Assembly (NCBI GenBank): GCA_965649765.1
Contig: OZ287748.1
Coordinates: 79,484,001-79,548,000 of the forward strand
DNA length: 64,000 nucleotides
Direction of reading: 5' to 3'
Origin: Bispira polyomma
Taxonomy: Eukaryota
Part shown: piece after piece, positions 44,501 to 56,776 of the stretch
Layout of the letters: each line of letters opens with the position of its first letter
Position numbering within the stretch: the stretch's first letter is position 1
Program-made: the position numbers and the translations under genes
The notes under the pieces: generated by a model
What the model was told of the DNA's origin: nothing
Database searches by the model: none
What the model saw: the letters and a program-made list of their open reading frames with translations, nothing else

Positions 44501-46606
44501 AATAATAATAATATTATATGATAAGTGATTATCATTGGATACATTTGTTAACTAGCTAAGACAGGTAAACATTAACTTGCGTAGGTTCAGCTTAAAGAAA
44601 ATAATCTCTTTTGTCTTGAACTGATGATATATTTAGTAGCTGACAATAAGAGTATTATCTTATTAAATACTTTGTGAGCTAGTTGTGTGGACAGCCTAAA
44701 ATAATGAAAAAAATAACATGATATGAGACCAAGTACTTGTATTTGGCAACTTGTATTTGACTCCAGGCCTGACAGACTAGTACTGAAACCAGTGGCTCTG
44801 TAAAATAACTGTAAAAAGTGTCAAACTGCAAACCTTCCTGCCATGTATGAAAATATCACATGTGCAGCAGAAATAGAAACTCTATCATCTGAACATGTAC
44901 AGAGAGAGAGTAAGGTTTGTTTTAGTTAATAAGAAGTTAACAGAATATAAGAGGCAACTTAATATAAAACTTAAAATTATAAATTTAAAAGAACAGAATA
45001 GAGTTCAAACAAGACGTGACAATATAAAACTTAAAATTATAAATTTAAAAGAACAGAATAGAGTTTAAACAAGACGTGACCATTTGGATAATAGAAGTTC
45101 AGATAATAGAGGTTCTTCTGTAGTTGTGCGCATACCTAGATCTTAGTGTGAATATTGAAGTTTTCATAAATAACGGCTGAGTCCCTAACCTTTTAATTTC
45201 AATGGAGCTATGCATGCTTTACCAAACTAAAGAGGTTCTTATAAAAAAAGCCTTCTTATATTATACACCTTTTATAAATATTTTCATAAAATTGAATAAA
45301 TAGAAAATAGAAGTTCAGATAATAGTGGCTTATAAAAGGGCCTTCTTACATACTACACACATGTATCAATATTTACAATTGTCTAAACACTTTGTTGGTA
45401 GATGTTTTACCTGTATCTTCATTGATATGAAAGATTTGGCGACCGTTTCCGCTGGCGATGCTGTACTGAACCTCTCCATACGTTCCACTATCGGCGTCTG
45501 TTGCCCTAATGACTGCCACTTCATGGTTCACCTGGGCATTACGTGCCAGGGTACGGGTGTATTGGTTAGGATAGAATACTGGCCTGTTGTCATTCACATC
45601 TCCCACATTGACCTTAACAACAGTAGTCGAGGACAATCCTCCTACAATAGGATACACAAAAAAGATTTTTTCATGATGCTACACTTTTCAAATACAGTAG
45701 AATCTCTATTATCTAAACATAATAGGAGACCAAAATTTTGTTTGTTTGGATAATAGCAGGTTCATAAAATAGAAGAGGGATTTCTGTATAAAACAATAGA
45801 AAAATATGATTTTGGGAGAGTGAAACAGAGTTTATCAAATCATAAATACGGATAATCAAAGTTGGATAATAGAGGTTCACCTCACCTTGGCTTTGGCAGA
45901 CAAGGAAATCAGAACTCAGCTTTCACTGTGATTTAATTAGGAGTTACAACTTACAACGGCATAAAGTTAGCCTATTTTTAATTTTCCAGTTAACTTCTTA
46001 AACTTACATTGTTTCTGTTTATGAAAATACCCAACTTCAAGACTAATTTATAATAAAACGGTTTGACAAGAGTATGTTTGTGGACAGGTAGAAATTGGCC
46101 AGTTTCTGTAAGACAGAATTAACAATTTTTGCAACAAATTATGAAACCTCCACATATGTCATCATATATAAATGACTGGTGTAGCAGTAATAACCTGTTT
46201 AATTGAGTAACAGATGACATCATACATGCACTTAGCAATGCCTTTTGACTACAAATCTTTTTATATTACTGGTCTAGGGAATTTTGGTTTCTAGGACACC
46301 AAACTTTGACCCTTTCTTGGTTAATTCAAACAGGGTTACAAACTGAAAGGACCTGTATAAATAGCGAAAAAGTAATAGTTTTTCTCATTTTACCAAACAA
46401 ATATTGAAGAGAAGTTTACCTTGGTCAGTAGCAGCCACAGTGAAGTCATATGTTGTGCGGGTCTCATGATTCAGCCTGGACAGAATGCACAGTTCTCCCG
46501 TGTCTGATTTAACCTCTAACTCTGTTGGATACTGAAGGCCAAGGTCATCAGGAAAACTGTAGGTCAAACCTGAAGACTCTTCACAGTCAGGATCAGTGGC
46601 AATAAG
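21031..46606 (-). CDS. ds: Dachsous-like giant protocadherin, 3' 20 coding exons (~2760 aa); N-terminal exon(s) outside the window
   Basis: Many cadherin repeats (DxNDNxPxF, LDRE/LDYE, AxDxD) and one TM helix (LILVIVFLLIAAILVVAIVVMFL). The cytoplasmic tail has Dachsous-family motifs SSGRGSA..EDEEIRMIN and GSLSSVINSEEEFSGSYNWDYLLDWGPQYQPLADVFTEIARLKD. All junctions are GT-AG with compatible phases; summed exon length is 8283 nt, divisible by 3. Confidence 0.95.
24121..24334 (-). CDS. ds: dachsous exon SEEISED...LAIK (not in ORF track)
   Basis: AHDED and LDRETL by manual translation; phase 2 to 0. Confidence 0.9.
24452..25231 (-). repeat. 48-bp minisatellite (~16 copies) made of the last 44 exon nt plus GTAA of the donor site
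   Basis: cttacct recurs every 48 nt from 24462 to 25134, then at 25183; the unit equals exon sequence DINNHAPQFTKSTY. Confidence 0.95.
25188..25359 (-). CDS. ds: dachsous exon GVIYTN...KSTY
   Basis: ARDRG, DINNHAPQF; phase 1 to 2. Confidence 0.9.
25770..25905 (-). CDS. ds: dachsous exon VSIDEDT...DLT (not in ORF track)
   Basis: ASDADDGENADVRY by manual translation; phase 0 to 1. Confidence 0.9.
26531..26817 (-). CDS. ds: dachsous exon STEPGTF...SYQ
   Basis: ATDEDL, LDYE, DENDNPPVF; phase 1 to 0. Confidence 0.92.
26834..27780. repeat. 32/33-bp minisatellite (~29 copies, two interleaved unit variants)
   Basis: Unit acagtgtagtactggcattaacttgtaacatgg and the shorter ggattgac variant; degenerates towards ~27970. 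Confidence 0.95.
28320..28443 (-). CDS. ds: dachsous exon IEAIDSG...VKE
   Basis: DVNDHEPFF; phase 0 to 1. Confidence 0.9.
28714..28913 (-). CDS. ds: dachsous exon GNNKNTYVTQV...KLE (not in ORF track)
   Basis: SATDLDSGLNGRITY and ILDRE by manual translation; phase 1 to 0. Confidence 0.9.
28935..29075 (-). mobile_element. SINE fragment (related copy at ~29870-30075)
   Basis: Shared block ggcaagta.cttac.aacttt..cac, and reverse B-box gattc(g/a)a.ccc. Confidence 0.55.
29262..29446. mobile_element. HINE-like non-autonomous fragment (related sequence at ~23595-23960)
   Basis: acctc.gccaagg start and ggcag.g.tatgcactctact...ttctagtt end, typical of Helentron-derived elements. Confidence 0.5.
29466..29855 (-). 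CDS. ds: dachsous exon GVVEIT...VWE
   Basis: LDYE, DVNDNAPRF; phase 1 to 1. Confidence 0.92.
30525..30838 (-). repeat. 90-bp tandem repeat (~3.5 copies) spanning an exon end, donor and intron start
   Basis: (tc)ctctgctataatatca recurs at 30551, 30641, 30731, 30821. Confidence 0.9.
30792..30978 (-). CDS. ds: dachsous exon VLATDKD...KTT
   Basis: ATDKDTGVNAEVRY; phase 0 to 1. Confidence 0.9.
31557..31755 (-). CDS. ds: dachsous exon GLFDREQ...VLT
   Basis: ATDGG, DVNDNSPVF; phase 2 to 0. Confidence 0.9.
31698..31862 (-). repeat. 83-bp tandem duplication of an acceptor plus exon start
   Basis: tctctgtcaaataacctgtaaa at 31741 and 31824. Confidence 0.9.
32213..32424 (-). CDS. ds: dachsous exon VLDDNDNDPVF...NTT
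   Basis: Cadherin linker motif; phase 0 to 2. Confidence 0.9.
32636..32780 (+). mobile_element. Short L2 3' end
   Basis: tacccccct tag (YPP*) plus a 3' UTR similar to the other L2 copies. Confidence 0.65.
32844..33001 (-). CDS. ds: dachsous exon AGNEDGHF...VYIR (not in ORF track)
   Basis: Manual translation gives LDREKKASYNLSLRAQDGG; phase 1 to 0. Confidence 0.9.
33430..33639 (-). CDS. ds: dachsous exon AYVRDSG...YYIT
   Basis: DQNDNTPVF; phase 1 to 1. Confidence 0.9.
35198..37791 (+). mobile_element. Tigger/pogo DNA transposon, full length, antisense in a dachsous intron
   Basis: TIRs cagtagactctgtgtaagt (19 bp perfect, ~27 bp imperfect), TA duplication on both sides, internal transposase. 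Confidence 0.95.
35901..37383 (+). CDS. pogo/Tigger (CENP-B-like HTH + DDE_1) transposase with one N-terminal frameshift near 35931
   Basis: HTH_psq/CENP-B HTH, YNCDESGL, LMDNCAAH, QPMDQGII (DD30D), C-terminal QSSISDFF PIP-box-like motif; the ATG at 35901 is out of frame with the 475-aa ORF. Confidence 0.9.
38094..38228 (-). CDS. ds: dachsous exon GDGAVLKY...YIIT
   Basis: LDREEQ motif; phase 1 to 1. Confidence 0.9.
38390..38765 (+). mobile_element. Degraded L2 3' fragment
   Basis: AFSVAAPTLWNNLP-like frame; 3' UTR ttgcgcttt..aagatgcct.gcatcaat shared with the 44450-44490 copy. Confidence 0.75.
39034..39273 (-). CDS. ds: dachsous exon GLLTIARPLDRE...DRDI
   Basis: Cadherin motifs; GT-AG; phase 1 to 1. 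Confidence 0.92.
39977..42074 (-). CDS. ds: dachsous large internal exon (~6.5 cadherin repeats)
   Basis: Open frame of 699 codons with repeated DVNDNxPxF/LDRE motifs; phase 0 to 1. Confidence 0.95.
42677..42849 (-). CDS. ds: dachsous exon SSSAMTY...GFAH
   Basis: YSIESGD..F.I..SGEI..LDHD motif; phase 1 to 0. Confidence 0.88.
43440..43673 (-). CDS. ds: dachsous exon GLVKLIG...HYSG
   Basis: AEDGGGL cadherin motif; GT-AG; phase 1 to 1. Confidence 0.9.
43785..44515 (+). mobile_element. L2-clade LINE 3' fragment (RT C-terminus, 3' UTR, (AAT)n tail)
   Basis: HITTICRSCYYHIRDI..ALVSSRFDYCNSL..KLQSIQN..WLPI..RILFKI..APRLWNSL..FRKKLKTYLFNLAYPP*. Confidence 0.9.
44961..45080. repeat. 60-bp tandem duplication
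   Basis: Two copies with 1 mismatch. Confidence 0.9.
45411..45641 (-). CDS. ds: dachsous exon GGLSSTT...NEDT
   Basis: DVNDNRPVF motif; GT-AG; phase 1 to 1. Confidence 0.9.
46420..46606 (-). CDS. ds: dachsous exon (first in window) LIATDPDC...ATDQ
   Basis: ttttccag acceptor, gtaaac donor; phase 0 to 1. Confidence 0.9.
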
Positions 46607-49600
46607 CTGGAAAAACAAAATAATAAAACAGGAATATTAATAAGACAGGAACACATACGTGTGTGTAATATGTGAATATCTATCTGACCCTACATATAAT
46701 CAGAAATATACCCTAAACTCCCTCTGTTAAGCCTATGGGCTTTTAATTTGACCTGAAGAAAAAGTAGAGAACAGGCTCTTATGCAAATGAAGTTTTCAGT
46801 ACATCTTATAACTCTACATTCACTCATTACAGTGTACTTAATGAGTGATAGTGACCAGGTTCCAAGTCTCGACCAATGCTACAACCTTAAATCACACAAA
46901 AATAATCTTTCAAGTCCTTTTTTATTTAGTTCTGCTTCCATCGCTTTGTTTCTAAAATTGTAACGTTGGGTTAACAATATACTGAAAAGCCATTTTCACA
47001 ATCCATGCCACAGCCTCGCAAAGAAAAAAGTGAATACCAAGTTAGCCATAAAAAGACACACCTATACAACTTTTCGTGCTGACACCTATAGTTTTCCATT
47101 AATGACTGGAAACCTTTTTTAATATAGCAATTGTGGTGGCCATTTTGAGTACACTATTGACATAACACATCTCTATAAACAAGTTGTTAATGACATCTTT
47201 TATAGTTTTACAGCAAATAGTGTCTTCAAATAACACATTTAAACTTTCAATAAAGACTTTCCATAGAATCAGATGGAAATGTTTTCTTTCATTGTTTCGC
47301 ACTAAATGCTAATGTATCATGGCAATGTCACTTCATTTTCTTCTGCAAAAGTTTTAACCACCAGCTCAAGCATTAATGATAACACTATATGTATATATAT
47401 TTTCCTCATATACAGAACTCTATGATTCTTGACAATTAATCTTAGTTAACCACTGATGACATTTCACTAATATAGCACTATTAGCTGTATTTACTTTATG
47501 GAAGGATGTTATGTTGGTTTCTTTTATCTTCCATGACATTAAGCATCTTAACTCAATTCTTACACATCATTAACTTTCCTGGCTTTGTAAAATAATACAC
47601 ACACAAAACTTCACATCCAAAGCCTGAAAAACAATAACCAACATACTTAGTGAAATAGGATGTTTGTTGAACTGGTATAAAATATATTTTACATATAAAG
47701 TCCCTTTAAACTGGAATGCAAGTTATTTTCTTACCAGTGATTCTAATTTTTTTTATGTTGAACTGGTATAAAATGTAAAACAAATTAATATAAAGTCATT
47801 TGCAAGTAAATGGGTGTATTTTTATCTCAAACTACAAAACATAATTTTAATAATTTTGATTTTAGAGGCCCTAAGCCATATCTCACCTACTTTTTCTAAC
47901 CTCAGTGTAAAATAAAACTAACAAAAAAAATTATGCTGTAAAATGATTACCAGTTCAAATAAAGCCAGGTTGACTTTCTGAGAACGGTTCAACCTGTGAT
48001 AATTAAAAGGGTGGTTATTTCCAGCAGTCCCTGGACTCTATACATCAGTATTGTGTTGTATGTTTTAAATACTCCTCATCAATCTCTCCACAGTCTTTGT
48101 CATTAAACACTTCCACCACTAACATTTTTCTCCTCTTACAAAACATATTGTATTTAGAGGGTCTTTACATTTTTATAAGACTCCCTTTTCATAAACTTTC
48201 ATCATAAAAAAAACATTAAAAAAAATCAGTAAAATAATCACAAAGTTACAAAACCTTAATATAGTGCTAAACGTTATGAAATTTGACTTATGGCATTTAA
48301 TATATTTAATATACACAAGAGAGAGACTTTAAAATACGAGACTTTGATTAAGTTAAAGCACTGGGAACCTTCATAAAAAAAAAACACCTTCAATTTTTCC
48401 CACACAGAAAATCTAGAAAAGGAGAGCGGGTGGAGATTGTGTTACCCTTTTAAATTGGTTATAATTACAAGATTGAAGATTCACGCTGAGCCATAATTTA
48501 ACTTGATTGTCTTTTTTTTCTTTCCATTTTATACTTTGCTCTAAAAAAACACATATATTCTGTTTATAGTTTATATACAATTGCTTAGGTGATGTGGAAA
48601 CAATAACAATTATGTAACTAAGTTCACTTCAAATGCACAGTTCTGAATTGTATCTTTTAGCACAATCTTTTTCTGATGAAAAAGGGGGGGGGGGCACATA
48701 ACAGGTAAACAGTTGGTACATTTCAAAGGGCAAACTGCATGTGTTTAAATATACCTACACTGATTACAGCTTGGCTTAAGTCATGCGTGAGCTCAAATTA
48801 TGGGACTGGAATGACTTTAACAAAAACTACTATTATCCAAGGCAGATTTTAACAGTACAAAACTGTTGGCACTGAATTCACTTGGCCACTTTAGAAATCC
48901 TCTCCAGTACACAGTCCAGTGCACACCATTTACAATACCAGTCCCACATGTTCATTTAAAAGAGTCCGGCGGTAACAGTTTGCCCTCCTCACCTTATGAC
49001 AATTCCTTCAATCTTTCACCCACACAAATACATACAGATTACCCCTTGTTGTAAGCTTTGCTACTTTAACATTACAATAACATAACACACAACACTTACA
49101 CGACTGTAATGTATAAGTCTGCTAGTAACTTTTTTTAATGTAAAAACAACAATTTTGTAGCTTTCGATTTTTGTTTTTCTTCAATAATTCAAATTTGAAA
49201 AGGTAGTTATTCTATAGCGATTGTCAGGACTCTAGAACAGAAACTTGTGGCCTGTAATACTAATAGATGAAACATAAGAATAAGGATTATACTTTTAGTG
49301 CACTAAAGTTGTTTTGCACCTTTAGTACACTTTACATGTATTTGCACTTTTGGGTCATGTTAGATTTTTGGCTTTCTTTCTTTTTGTAATAATTGGGACA
49401 TAAAAAAATATACACTCGAATACCTTTAAGTATAATTTAGGTTAATTTCACTTTTATGTGATGGAAACATATCTGTAGTCCCCAAAAACTATTTCCTTGT
49501 AAAATTTACCGTGTTAAACATAAATCCTGCTTTAGTAGAGGTATTTCTTCTGGTCCCTTGAGGTTTGAGTTAAAGGGTTTCAACTGTTTTGTCCAATTAA

Positions 49601-52600
49601 ATTAACCACTTGCAGAAGTTTCAAGATCAATCAAAATTACGTTGCTGATAACATTATATTCTGGTCCTCCATTTCCCTAATGAAGCATGATTAACCTTGA
49701 CATTCTTTAATGTACTTTCTGCTTTCTTTAAATAATGTACAAATTTCCTTCTCTATAGTTCTCCACAATATTATCTGTGAAGTGATTTACAATGCAGACG
49801 GTTTATTAAAGGGCTTTTTTACCTCCCTATAACCCACCAGCTAAGGACTAAAGTTCTCTCAAAACACTAATGCACCCAAGTTGAATTGGGAAATCTTTAA
49901 TGAAAGGACCTTTACTATAACTTACAAGTAGTGACTTTTACATATGTGGTAAGTCTTCTAAAGATGGTCAATAGTGAATTCTTAATGTCAGTGTTGCCTG
50001 TGGGTATTCGCCTATTTACCACTAATTTACAAGTCTGTTTGAGGCTATTCACAAGCCTCTGTCTGTCTTCTTTAGAGCAGCTGTGTTCATTTGCATCAAA
50101 TGATGTAACAATATACATGGTATTTATGGTTAATGACTCAAATTATGGCCAAATACGTCACAGTATGTGGTGTAGGCTTATCAAGTTACCATATGTTATG
50201 TTGTATGACTTCCCATAATACCCTACAGAGTTTTATGTTCAATGAATTATTTTGTGATAATGTAATTTACGACTTTATAGAGAAGGAAATACTATCCATA
50301 AAAAATAAATGTTCAGTGGCTATTTTAGCAAATGCGCTTGTAAAAACTTTAAATTTGTACTAATCTTTTAAACTAATATTGCACACCAGTGGAAATTAAT
50401 TCCACAAGTTTCTTAAAATACTTAATTTGGTCTAAATAATGTATTACAAAATGTCTCATTTCAACTTTTATTATTTAAGTCTTAGAAAAAGCACAGTAAG
50501 TATTACAGCAACGATTAATCAATCTTGAAGAAATATAGCCTACTGGCTACTTGTATTTGGTCTTAAGTAAGTCTTTATCGATAATATCTATATTGTGAAC
50601 GATGAGTTAGTCAACTGTTTTTAATTGAAGGCACTGCATGTACCTGAGACAATGACCTATCACAAACCTTACATATCACTTAACTATTAGTTCACATCCA
50701 ATAATACCTTTCCTTGAACTACCAGTTTTACAAAAAAATACACTAGACATGGTAATTCTATTCTATCAATACTCTTATTCTAAAACTGAATTTCAGGTAA
50801 CGAGAGTTAAATTAATATAAAATAATAAAATTGACAAAAAAAATTGTTTACATTATTATGATCATAAAAATACCATCAAGTATAAATAATTTTTGCGTTT
50901 TTAATTAGAAAACTACTTAAATCCTCTAAACAGGAGCAACAAAAAAAAGCCCCCGAACAAAACCTATCTCATAACTTCTTTGCGTTGGTACTGTTGGTAC
51001 ATGTACATCAATTATCAGGTGAAAAAAACGGAGGCCAAAATGGTATCATGGCGAGAGGCTTGAAAACCTCCCATTTCAACCTTCATTCCGTCTATAGGCA
51101 CATATTTCACATAAAACCTTCATGCCTTCTATCTATAGCTACATATTTCAAATAAAACCCCTTTGTTTAACAGATTCTGTCACAGATAAAACGTGTATAA
51201 GTAAAATCTGCCCTGATATTATGAATATTCTGATGTATATGGTGGGGGTAAATCAAGACAAGATAGACACAAGATAGCTGTTGATTCATGACCCTGGTCT
51301 TATAACACCCAGCGTTTTTTGTGTGTCCCACAATGTCTTCATAACTTAAGGTACTTAAAAACAGTAAAAAAAAAAAAAAAAACAGAGTTAACTTCTAATG
51401 TACACCATGACACCGTTTTTACAGCATTTTTATACTTCTATCATAGATTCGGGAGTACAATTACGTAATAGAAAATCTGAAAATTCAAAAGGGCTTGCAG
51501 AAGTTTTAAGAAGACCAACTGTTTCCTCTGGTGTTAAATTTGGCCCTTTTTTGTACTTAAGGTCAACTAGATTTGCCTTGTGTCTGCCAGTCACTGCCTG
51601 GCTTCAAGTAGACACCCCTAAAGAATGTTTATATAGCAACTCTCAGAGGTCTCCACACATGGCTGAGTCCTTCTTGTTTGTTGGCTACACTACAAAAGCC
51701 ATAGCACACAAATAAAGCATTAAGTAAGACCCGATCTGTAGGCCTGATAACCACTTCATGTCAAGTCTGCATTGATGTGTCTTTGGAAAGCAAACCTTCA
51801 TGTAACACTGTATACACACTCTGATAAAGAAAATCTCTTTAACTTCAGGCTGATTTTGGTTTGTAGGAATTTATGTGATTCATAAGTTGGACTGAGCACA
51901 AAATGGAAGCCCGCAATCAAGTATATTCATTATGTCATACTAAATGGAGACTTAAACCTTCTAAATAAGATGTTCTAAGCATTCTAATATAAATATACAG
52001 AAAAATGATTTTGTAAAGAAAAGGATTCACATAAGAATATTTGGTTTTATACATTATCAAGTCGATAGTTATGGCTTACTATTAAATAATTTCATAACTG
52101 GACAATCATTCCATCTCTTTGTTTAAATAAAGGTTTATTTCCTACACTGGGATCTTACAAGACCTTTTCTTAAACATTAATCTTTACAGCACAAGGCTGT
52201 CCAAAATGACTTGAGAAACATAAAGAAATCAAATTTCCCTTCTTGAAGTCACATTTCCTCAAGTACTGGTATTTATCAGATCCATGTATTTTAGTATATT
52301 ATTCTATTAAGTTTTCATAAATTTCACAAAAACAATCTGTTACACTACGAGGTGTTTTTATTGATTTATAGAATCAAGATTTTAGCTGGTAAAGGCTGAA
52401 TAAAGAACAATCCTCAACTCGAGTTTTTTTTTACAACTCCAAAGATAACACACTACTACATTATTGTACATTTTCAGTAGCCGCACAGAGACATACTGTT
52501 TGATTCATTATCCCCACTATTTGTTCTTTACATGTCAACATGGGGAGTTTGTGGTGGGGGTTAAAATGTTCTATTCATTTTCATAACCCTGTAGACATAC

Positions 52601-52934
52601 ACCACTTCACCATTTATACCAGAGGTACTCACATTTCTCTCTATAACTCGGCTGAAAACTACCCCACAAATGTTGAAATTTTACAAACACACACGCTATA
52701 TTTCTGATACTCTGGGGTTCAGGCAAATATTTGTATATAAGTAAACTAGAATTTAACACTTTTGGATCATAAGAATATGACTGGTAACCAAGACGTATTT
52801 TATGTTATTTCAGCGAGAATTTTCCTTTTTATGATCTTCTTTTTTACTGTCTTTTATACACATTTATAATCAGTGCATTTATCTACCTTTCATTTGGTAT
52901 TCAAATTGCTAATTAACCTTTTCTAGGCTGCCCA

Positions 52935-53152
52935 AATACAGCAAACCAGCACCAGTTATTGTCATTCCTCAAACTGAAGAGAAAGCCTTGAGGATGACCA
53001 ATTTAAGGTTCATTAGCCTGCCACTCCATTTTAAGTGCTCAGTCAAGCCACTTTGTATCTGCCTGTAATTGGTTGCCCCAATCTGGAATCGAACCCAGGT
53101 CCTCTGTTTTTGTTTAAGCATGTGTTTTACCCATCTAGGTCACAGCGGGAGC
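52935..53152 (-). mobile_element. tRNA-derived SINE
   Basis: The minus strand has an A-box-like gtgacctagatgg and a B-box ggttcgattcc, followed by a non-tRNA body. Confidence 0.6.
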
Positions 53153-56100
53153 TAACTATTTAGTATCACTTAAAGACTTAAAAACACTGCTAATCTTTAT
53201 TTTGGGATGCAATTGTTCGAATATTTCAGTGAACCCATATCATATATTTACAGTGAATGAAGCTATTTCTTACTTCATAACACACTAGCATAGAAATCTT
53301 ACGATTTTCTTAACAATTCCTGACACCTGTAAAAAACTATGAATCAATGGTGGGCTTAAGTTAAAAATTATGTTTTGGATGTGATATTTACCTACACTCA
53401 CTACTTTCACAGACCTAACATCACCACAAACTATAATCCCTAAAAACAAACACACACAAGACATATTAACCAACAGTATACAATTCACCTAGTTGTAACC
53501 TTTTTGATCATGAAAGTAAATTGAAGTTACATGTACTAATAAGTCACATGATTGTAAGTTGTAACTTATCTACAAGCATAAACCATGGAAACAAATACAC
53601 TGGAACTCTAGTGAGCAAGAGCAACACAAGCAAAAGCATCCAGATAAATTTTTCAGAATCAGGTTACCAAATGGAAAATATATTTCAATAAAAGAGTTTC
53701 CCCAGTGGCCATTTACAAAAGATCCACGTACAAACCCCATCCTTCTATCTGATAATGTTTTGGAGGAACTCCCATTTAATTTCCTCTGGGCCCTGATATA
53801 TGACACCTTTACTAAACAGGAAATTTAGTATTTTATGAGGTAGTGTACACAAACTCATGGCATGCAGGCCTTCTGACTGACAATACATTTACAATTTTAT
53901 GACACCAATCTACATCAGAGTGCCCAATATCTTTATACAAAGGTTGAACCTGTTTCTTTTGATAAGCCTTTATAGCTCATTGGCACCTATTTGATACTCA
54001 ATCATACACAGCATTCTAAGATCACACAGCAGGACCCTTTAGAAAAGTTACCCTCCCGGGGAAGAGTTCTTTAACAATGTTTATAAATAGTACAAAAACT
54101 GCGATTTACATACACACATTTGATAATATAGAAAATATAATAATTGTAATTAACACATTCCTGGGGGGGTATGTTTTATCTGTACTCTTTTGGCTATAGA
54201 GCTGAAGATGTTAACATTTTAATTTACCAGGGTTCTATTCAAAACAATATTTTGAATTTCTTTTTCAAGTGTAAACAAAATTTTTTGTCTAGTTTTGTGC
54301 AGTCAGAAATTGTTTGTAAATTGTCTACAACTTTAAACAGGTGCTGTTACAAACTTTAAACTTATTTTAAATTGACCTTATTATGATAATAGAAAAGTTA
54401 GAAAACTGCTTAAAACAGAGCTTTTTTATGTATGGACAATCAATAAGAAATATTAAACTTAATTCCTCATTGCTTTGAATCATTCTACACTGTTCAAAAG
54501 TTTTTGTACCCACATTAAAACAAAGTAGAAGTGTATTTATTAATAGAATACATGTACTTAGCCCTAAAATAGGACTGTATAGTGAAATCGCGTATTGCTA
54601 AAAAGTCATACGGTGGTATCTTACGGCTTACGGTATCTTCAACTGTATTTATAGAAAATTATGAAAGCATGGCTCTGTGAGAGTTTCCTGTATACACCAA
54701 TCCATAATATGCATGAACTTGGCCTAATTTAAATTTTCTTTCCAAACAAAAAATCAGCAGGCCTTTTACTTGATCAAAAGTCAGGAAACTTTAATAAAGC
54801 AGTCCATTATATACCACCACAGTAGCTAGCAGCCATCTCCTATCTTACCATCATCAGGGGAGGAAGTTAAAAATAGTGTAAATATTTAGAGAGATCACAA
54901 AGCTGGCCTTTAGGCCCAGTGTCTGAACAAGTAGGTAGTGAACTGTTCCCCAGCAGCTGACATCCCCCACTATCCAGATTTGTAAACAGATCTTAACTGA
55001 TCTCACTTAACCAATCACAGGGGCAGGTCTAATATGAAACTTGCTCCTGGGATAAAAGGTTACCATGTGGTAAGTTCAATCAACAGTAACAAAACGTACA
55101 GTGTACATCCTGCCTTAAATTATATTTCCATTTGCATTGTCATTTAAGTATATGTTTTCCACACAAATATGTAGTAAAAGTGTAAAACATTGCAAAATTT
55201 CGAATAACTTCCCAAAGAATACTAAAACTGGGTGTGCAGGACAAAATGTAACAAGACAAAACATACTAGAACAAAACGTACCAGGACAAAATTTACCAAG
55301 ATAACATGTACTGCATTTAGGACAAAATGTACTAAAACGTGCATGTTGCCCAAGTTAGCATCAAGTGTTTTACTCAATAAATTTACACCTCAGGAAAGGC
55401 TACTCATTAATGTGAGAAAAAAAGGTTTCTTTCTTTTTAATTGTGGAAATCGTACTTAATAATATCTTTCTTTAGACTCATATTTTTTTCATATTTTACA
55501 TGTTTACTATTTCTAACACTAACTGAGGGGAACCAGAAAATGATTCGATCAAATTAGTTTGCTGAACAGATGAAATGTTAGGTAGCATGGCTATTTGATG
55601 TTATCATTCCATCTCAATAATATGCTGCTCACACACATATTGAACACAGGTGATAAGGAAGAGAGGGCTGTACTTTATGAAGGTGAGTTTAGGTGTTACT
55701 CTATTGCAATAATCTGGCCGGGGTGACATGCAACTTGGCAATAAATCACCACCTAATGTTTACCTGGCACAGTAAAACAACAGAAAGTCTCACCCAACAT
55801 GAATAGAATCAGAAACCCCCCTTGAGCCGCAATTTGATGTCCCTTTTATAAAAGGTGACAGAGGATGGTAGGTGTATTGAAAGAGGACATAGGCCTACTT
55901 GTGGTGTAACACTATGATGGAGGGTATTTAATGGTAAAACATTCAATACATCCCACAATGTACTACAATGTATATAAGGCTTGAGCCATTTCTTTAAAAC
56001 TCTGAGTAATAATGGTCATACATTACATGTGCTGACAATTTCAAGGCAAAAGTTTAATTGATAAAAAACTCATCCATTACTCTGTACTGGCATGGCTGAA

Positions 56101-56332
56101 GATTCATCCAGGGGTATAAATTGACTTCCATTAAAATAAAATTTGCTTTTCACCACAAAATATGTTTGCTGGGAAACAAGAAAGGCCTTGATGCTAACAC
56201 ACAAATCATTCAGTAAAATTTATGTGATGTAAGAGACATTCTAGAAATAGCAGCAACATATAGACCATCACTCACAGAAGTATAACCTGTACAATTTTAT
56301 TAACTTAGAATATATCTAAATTTTAGAACTTA

Positions 56333-56776
56333 GTGAGCGTTTCCATGCAGGCAACTTTCTGAGGCGACCAGCCGACGTTTAACAGGCAATTTTCAATTTT
56401 TATGTTTCTATACAATTATTTGAGAAAAATAGATACCTGTATTTAAACCTGAACATCTTAGCCATTTCTCAACCAATTTTGATGCAACAAAAGGCACAAT
56501 ATACTGCATAAAATAAGCTTCCTCACCATATTTTCATGAAATTTATACCTTAAGTAATTTTTGAGTTATTACAAAAAAATCGGCAATGTTTACAAGGCGA
56601 CAGCAATGCCAGGCGATTTTTTTCGCTCCTAGTAGCAAAAAAATCTCATGGTATTGCCTGTCGCCTATCGGCGTTGCTCACATGGAAACACTTGGTTTTA
56701 AATCAATGAAACTGATAGAATCGCCGTCGGCCGTCGCCTGATCGCCTTAAAAAGTTGCCTGCATGGAAACGCTCAC
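56333..56776. mobile_element. 444-bp MITE with long TIRs
   Basis: gtgagcgtttccatgcaggcaacttt ... aaagttgcctgcatggaaacgctcac (26 bp perfect), flanked by TA on both sides. Confidence 0.88.

Noticed and set aside
49915-51715. Short ORFs in the large intron as candidate ds exons or a nested gene
   Set aside because: No cadherin motifs and no coherent exon chain.
52960-53000. ctgaaga-gaaa inside a hairpin as a possible hammerhead ribozyme
   Set aside because: No stem II or cleavage triplet geometry; it is a simple hairpin in a SINE body.
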